Part shown: positions 58,325 to 64,000 of the stretch, piece after piece
How the letters are laid out: each line of letters begins with the position of its first letter
Numbering within the stretch: position 1 is the first letter of the stretch
From: Balamuthia mandrillaris
Taxonomy: Eukaryota
NCBI GenBank assembly: GCA_031835245.2
Contig: JAVKOQ020000004.1
Coordinates: 186,001-250,000, forward strand
Reading direction: 5' to 3'
Length of the DNA stretch: 64,000 nucleotides
Notes under the pieces: generated by a model
What the model was told of the DNA's origin: nothing
Databases searched by the model: none
The model's input: only the letters and a program-made list of their open reading frames with translations
Made by a program: the position numbers and the translations under genes

Positions 58325-58976
58325 ATGGCCTCCAACTTTAGCGACACCATCAAGGAAGCTCTCGAAAAACAGATCGCGGTGGAGTTCCAGGCTTCGCAGC
58401 AGTACCTCGCCGCTTCCTTCTGGTTCGAAAGCCAAAATTTCAAAGGCATCGCCTCCTACCTGCGAAAGGAGAGCGAGAGCGAGAGGGCTCATGGCCTGAA
58501 GATGGCCGACTTCATCTTGAAGCGTGGCAAGACCCCTGTCCTTGGAGAGCAGGTAACAAAAACTTTGCTTTTTCTCTTTTCTTTTTTTTTATTTTGTTTT
58601 CTATTTTCTTTCTCTCTTTTTTCTTTTTTCTTTTTTCTTTTTTCTTTTTTCTTTTTCTTTTGTTGATTTCATCTCTTTCTTAATGTTTTTGTCTCTCAAA
58701 TAAACAAACAAGCAGAAAGCACCAAAGGCAGAGTGGACCACCGCCCAAGAGGTTTGGGAGGACCTCCTCAAGGTGGAGGAGGAGAACACCAAGAACATCA
58801 GCGAGCTCGCTGACATTGCTCTCAACAGCAAGGACCACGCCGCCTACAGCTTCCTCCAGTTCTTCGTGGACGAGCAGGTCAACGCCGAGGCCGAGGTCAC
58901 CGAGATCCTGGAGAAGGTGAAGGCCTACTCCAAGGTCAAGGGCTTGCTCTACCATCTGGACAAAGAGTTGAGCTAA
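58325..58976 (+). CDS. Ferritin, prokaryotic non-heme (FtnA-like) type; one intron
   Basis: QIAVEFQASQQYL, ESESERAH, FLQFFVDEQ, GLLYHLDKEL. Confidence 0.9.
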
Positions 58977-59167
58977 AACGGCGATTTTTTTGACGGCATT
59001 CGCACAATTTTTACGATATTTTTGTGATTAATTTCAACAAATATTTGATATCATTGATTTTCAATTGGTTCGATCACGTTATAGATCAACAATATTCGAT
59101 AGAACAACAATAAAAGAGTTTTGGCAAAAAAAAAGTTTACTCGGCAAGGTGAAGCATTTGCGCCGCC

Positions 59168-59879
59168 TTACTTGCGACTGCGAGAAGACTTCTTCTTCTC
59201 CTGATGATGAGAGCCACCTCCGCTTCCGCTCTCCTCCTTCATGAAGGCGGACACGCGGCTCAGCCAATCTGCAAAGTGCTTGTCCTCGTAGTAGCCCAAG
59301 GCCGTGTCGACCACCTGCCCAAAGTCATCCCCAATGCCCAAAGTGTCCCGCAGGTAGCCCTTAAAGTGTGTCTCTATCTCCTCGCCGTCGGGAAGGTCCT
59401 CCGAGACTCCCTCCTCCTCCTCCGCGCCACTGTGGTGGGTGATGGAGAGGATGTCGTAAAAGTTGTCGCCGGCGGCGCAGTGAAGGGTCAAGCTCTGGTT
59501 GCCGCGTTTGATTTCCACTTCGAAGAGGTCCGGGGAGCGTTCCACCGCTTCGGATTGGTCTTGTTGCTCTTCCTCTCCTTCCTCGGAGGGTTGTTGGTCA
59601 TCAGCATATTCGGCCTCCTCCGTGCCTTCGGGGTGTGTGTGGTTGTGTGGGGTCTCTTCTACGTCGTTGCGCCAAACAGTTATTCTGATCCTGTTTTTGG
59701 AGGTCAGAAGAGACAAGTCGAGAGAGAGAGAGAGAGAGGTTACTTTTTGTTGTCCAAGTCTTTATGCAAGATAACTTTATCGCCTTCTTTGGCAATCTTG
59801 AGTTTTGCAAGTAGGATTAGAAAGAAGTGAAAAGTAGGTGAAGAAAAAAAAGAAAGGGAAGGAAAACAGAGAGCGCGAC

Positions 59880-59928
<49 letters not shown>

Positions 59929-60441
59929 ACAAGAGAAGCAACGAAAAGGAGGAAGAAGAGAGAGAAGACGAAAATACTTACAGAATAGTTATGGCGGGAG
60001 AGGAAATCGTTGAGCTCGGTCTCAGTGTCCTCCAGTTGAAGGTTCTCCAGCTCCGTCTCACAAACAGAGACAATGGCTTTGGAATACACTCCTTTTCGTT
60101 TTTTGTTTTTGATTTTTGGAGCGGTTTTTGTGTGTCATAACTCGAAATCAATCCAATGAAAATCAACAAAAAAAAAGTAGTGCCATACCACTATCCGAAG
60201 CGTAGAAGCGCTTGGACGCTCCGCTAAAAGCCGAGACAGAGGCACGGGTAGCTGGGGCGAGCAGCTGAGAGCCAGAGCGGGTGGTGGCAGTGAACCACTG
60301 TCGCGACAAAGGGGCAAAGCGAGAGGAGGAGGAGGAGAGGGAGCCATAACTCCTGAGCGCTCCGCCGACCCTGCCCAAAGAGCAACCCCTCAGTGAGGAG
60401 GTGGAAAAGGGAGTAACACCGCTCGACAACCGGAACGCCAT
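59168..60441 (-). CDS. MAM33/p32 (C1QBP)-family mitochondrial acidic matrix protein; multi-exon
   Basis: Presequence; acidic body; C-terminal YLRDTLGIGDDF...YYEDKHFADWLSRVSAF signature. Confidence 0.75.
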
Positions 60442-60984
60442 CTTTGTTTTTTTTTAAAAAAAAAAAATCACACAAGAATCAAATCGACCAATCAATCAAT
60501 CGAATCGAATCACTACGTTCTTTCTTCTCTTTTTCTTTCTTTCTTCGAAGTCCTTAAAACCTAAGGTGCAGATTCGAGGGTCCCCTGATCTGATAGATCA
60601 TATAAATGCAAAGTTATGATTTATAATTGGCTGTTGTTCAAAACAAACCCTCGCGTTCATTTATTGTCGACGCCTTACCTTATTTTTTCCCTCCTTTAAT
60701 TTTTTTCTTATTCTTTTTACTCTTTTTTTTTGTTTCTTCACAACAAAAACAAAACAAAAAGTCACTGCAAGCGAAACAAAAAGGTGTTTAAAGGGACTTA
60801 GGAAACCTATTGCGTAGTATGGGCTGAGTGAAGGGGAGGAGTTTCACAAAAAAAAAAGGTGTTGTTTTCTGTTCTCCATGATGCGTTTAACTTTTGATTT
60901 CTTCTTTCTTTCGAGTTGTTTTGCCACACACACAACACCCTCTTTTTTCGTTTTCTTTTAGTTGGCTGTTTCACAAAAAAACAC

Positions 60985-61086
60985 ATGTGCTACTGGATTG
61001 AAACTCAACCCAAAAGTACACATATACCACAATAGTCAGAGCACGGGAGTGTCATATTTTGACGATTCCTACTGCTTGTTACATTT
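60985..61086 (+). ncRNA. Putative box H/ACA snoRNA
   Basis: Hairpin ATGTG...CACAT followed by H box ATACCA (61024-61029), a second hairpin, then ACA-TTT (61081-61086). Confidence 0.45.
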
Positions 61087-61120
61087 GTGGGAAAGCAAAC
61101 CAAAAAAATTTAACTTTCTT

Positions 61121-61273
61121 TTGAACGTGTGGGCCGCTTGTTGGGATGGTCTTCATCCCAACGCCGCGGTTTGTTTGAAGAAAAATGTTGATTTTTTTAA
61201 CTCTGGTTTCTTTCGTTAGTGATTTGTAGTGAAAACTCTGTACTGCTTTCACTTCCATTAAGAAACTACACTA
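61121..61273 (+). ncRNA. Box H/ACA snoRNA predicted to guide LSU rRNA pseudouridylation
   Basis: Hairpin 1 followed by H box AGAAAA (61179). Hairpin 2 has guides TTTCGTT and TCCATT complementary to the conserved LSU sequence AAUGGA-U-N-AACGAGA; ACA at 61268, 14 nt from the pocket. Confidence 0.7.
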
Positions 61274-61577
61274 CCCTTTCTTTTTTTTTTTCATCAACTT
61301 ATTTTTTTTCACTGTTTTTGATTTGTTTTGTGTGTGAAGCAAATGCTTACTTTTTTTCTTTTTCATCCCCCATTTCTTCTTCCATCAGGTACATACCGGA
61401 GTGATTACTTTCTTCAGGCCTCCTTTTCTCTTGCTCCTATTTTTTATAACTATGATTAAAATCGGATCGCTTTACTTGCAATCAATGCTTTCTCTCTCTC
61501 TCACTCATCGCTCACTCAAACATGCACAAAAAAAAAAAGCAATCCGATGGTTTGCATTCGTTGGTTTTTTTCAAAAC

Positions 61578-64000
61578 TTAAGATTTGCTGTTGAACAACA
61601 GCAAAACAGGTTTGGGCGAGTGCTTCAACAGGCGCAGAAACTCGGTCCTCTGCCGCTGTCTCTCCTCATCCGTCTCCGGCACGCGCTCGATGAGCTGCCC
61701 TCCGCCCAACACGTTGTTCGTCGTTGTCGAGGAGGAGGAGGTTCTCTTCATCTTTTTGTTGCTGTGGTGGTGGTTGGCGTTCTTTTGTGGTGGTTTGGCG
61801 CGAGGAGGACGACCTCTCTTGCGCTTGCGTCCTCTTTTGTTTCGGCTGCTTCGTGAGCCAAAGTCTTCCTCCACTTCGGACTCTTCCTCTTCCTCCTCCT
61901 CATCCTCGTCCAAAGCGGAGGAGGAGGAGAAGAAGACCTCTCTGTCATCATCGTCGTCGTTCTCATCGTCGTGGTCGACATTCAAGACCTCCTCTTCTCC
62001 CTCCACCTCGCTTTCTTCCTCTTCTTCCTCCTCTTCTTCCTCGCTATAACTTCGACGACGACGGTGTCTCCATCGTTGTTGCTCTCTGCGTCTTCTTCTT
62101 TCTCTCTTCGTGGAGGACGAGGAGGTAGAACGACGTGGATGCAGGCGAGTTCTTCTTAGATCACCGTTCTCTCCAACGACGAAGCTGTCTTCATCCTCAT
62201 CATTCTCTTCGTTCTCTTCATCATCTTCTTCCTCGCTGTCCAGCACAAGAAAGTCATCTCCCTCTTCGCCCAACACGACCACCCGATCCTCTTCGTCCTC
62301 ATCATCCTCGTCGTCATCGTCGTTGCTGTAGTAATCCAAAAAGTCAAAGTAATAATCCACTTTGGCTTCTTTTCCTTCTCCTCCTTGTTGCTGATGTGCG
62401 ACGTCCATCGAAGAAGACGATGCTTCTGCGATCGGCCCCCTCCTCTTTCGCCAACCGGGTCCATCCCCACCAAGCCTCCTCGTGTTTGGCGCTGTTGGCT
62501 TTGGAAAGAACGAAGGAAGAAGAGGGCTTGTGTCTAACGAAGAAATTGAGGAAGAAGAGGAAGGAAAGGGCAAAGAGGAAAGAGCGATGATTGGAGAGTC
62601 CTTCTTGCGGTAATACTGCAACAAGTCTTCCGAGAACATGTCCTTCTCATCCACCCAACTGTTTAAGGACTCATCGCGACCTTCCCAACGCACAAAGTAG
62701 AACATGTTCGCCTTTTGTTGCTTCTGTTGAATCCTCTTCCAGTTATCTGCTTGTTCTTCCGTCTGCTCTTCTTTTTTCTTGTTCTCCATTTCTTCTTTTG
62801 GCGAAGATGAAGAAGAAAGAGACGTGAAAGGAGAAGACGAAGCAGAGGAAGAAGTAAGCCTAACTAACTTGGTGGCGAGTATCTTCTCAACTATCCATTC
62901 GCTTTCTTGGTGATGAAAGTGAGATGCCATCATCGTTTCTTCTTCATTGATATCGTCAATCCTCTTCTTATCCTTAAGGGACCACCAAGAACGTTGCTGT
63001 TGCTTTCTTTCTTTGAGGTGGTCCTTCCATCGCCGTTCCATCGTTTTCAGCTTCTTCCGGTTTATCAAGTGACTGTGCGGATGATTCAGAGCGTTGATGA
63101 CCACTGTTTGATGCGGAGGCGAAGAAGAGGAAGAGCGAAGTCGAAGGGGATGAGGGAGAGAAGGAGGGGCTGTTGTTGAATTTGAAGAAGTCTGTTGTTG
63201 GCGTTTTTGTAGTTGAGTTTCGTACGTTCTTTGAATAAACTTTTCTCTCCAAGTGGAGAGAGCAGAAGATGAAGAAGCTGAGTTGTCACGACGATCGCTT
63301 TCTTGTCTTTGTTGTTGCTTCACCGTTGACATTGTTGAGGTTGATTGTTGTTGCAATTGTGCGGTTTCTTTGCCTGTATGCTCATAAAGGTTTTTCCTAC
63401 AGAAGGAAAGTATATTCAGTTGCTAAGTTAGTGAGAGAATAACAAGAGGAAAGAGAGCCGTCAAAGAAAAGTCAAAATGAAACACGTACCAAAGTGAATC
63501 ATCAGCAGTAACTAGAATATAGAAATACCGACAAGTCTGCTGAAGGTTGCACAGGTCCCGTGCGCTGCACAGATACGCAAAGCTAGAAAGAATGAGGTCG
63601 GTGGAAAGCAAGTCCATCGCCACTATCTTGCCTCTCAAGTAGGGCGTCATACGTCCAAGAACGGGCCATTCCTTCATCGCTTCGGAGGGATGATAAGGTC
63701 CTTCCTCCTTACCTGGAGCACCATGGTGAGCATGATGATAGGGAGAGGAAGAATCATCTGGATAACGTTCACCATCGCCCCACTGTCGGTGTTTGGTGGC
63801 TCGTCCCCACGATGACTTTTTGGAAGAGGCGGATTCGATGATCGCAGTGTCGTTATTGGGAGATGCAGCAGCTGAGGCACCACGATAGCTGGAGGCGCGA
63901 AGAGTACGAGCTGCTGATAATTATTGAAATGAGATACAAAAAAAAAGGAGACAATAAAAAATACATACGAGTGGATCGAGCAGAGGAGAGGCGGGCAGCT
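61578..64000 (-). CDS. F-box + chromodomain + AT-hook protein; 5' end outside the window
   Basis: F-box LLSTDLILSSFAYL...LQQTCRYF...DDSLW spliced in frame (63490 to 63396) to an exon with EWIVEKIL...YFVRWEG...NSWV and KRKRGRPP. Confidence 0.75.

Noticed and set aside
58230..58325. Iron-responsive element in the ferritin 5' UTR
   Set aside because: No CAGUGN-loop hairpin is visible.
61038..61075. Possible U2 snRNA guide pairing in the first snoRNA's 3' hairpin
   Set aside because: The spacing to the ACA box would be about 11 nt rather than 14-16, so the target is not supportable.
60962..61404. Short ORFs of 85 and 61 aa
   Set aside because: They have non-ATG starts and no homology cues; structured ncRNA explains the region better.

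Overview
Gene-dense, intron-rich eukaryotic nuclear DNA. The short GT-AG introns are filled with pyrimidine microsatellites. The gene set and style suggest a free-living amoebozoan (Acanthamoeba/Balamuthia-like); this is inference only. About 29 protein-coding genes can be assembled by hand-splicing, including a UBOX5-like ligase, a villin/gelsolin protein, TrmH, PI-PLC, lipoyl synthase, octanoyltransferase, dUTPase, an MFS transporter, a GH31 glucosidase, phytochelatin synthase, mitochondrial AspRS, ferritin and MAM33. There are also three tRNA genes and a probable box H/ACA snoRNA cluster near 61 kb. The most striking object is a 7-exon minus-strand gene (12830-15172) that splices in frame a Tpt1/KptA RNA-binding lobe, a BC-box-like motif, leucine-rich repeats and a NADAR domain with substituted acidic residues. 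Other highlights are a ZIP transporter split by a cNMP-binding domain, a senescence(spartin)-PH fusion, an F-box/chromodomain/AT-hook protein, a recurring GTCGAC promoter motif and two dispersed repeats. Exon boundaries were read by eye and no database search was run.
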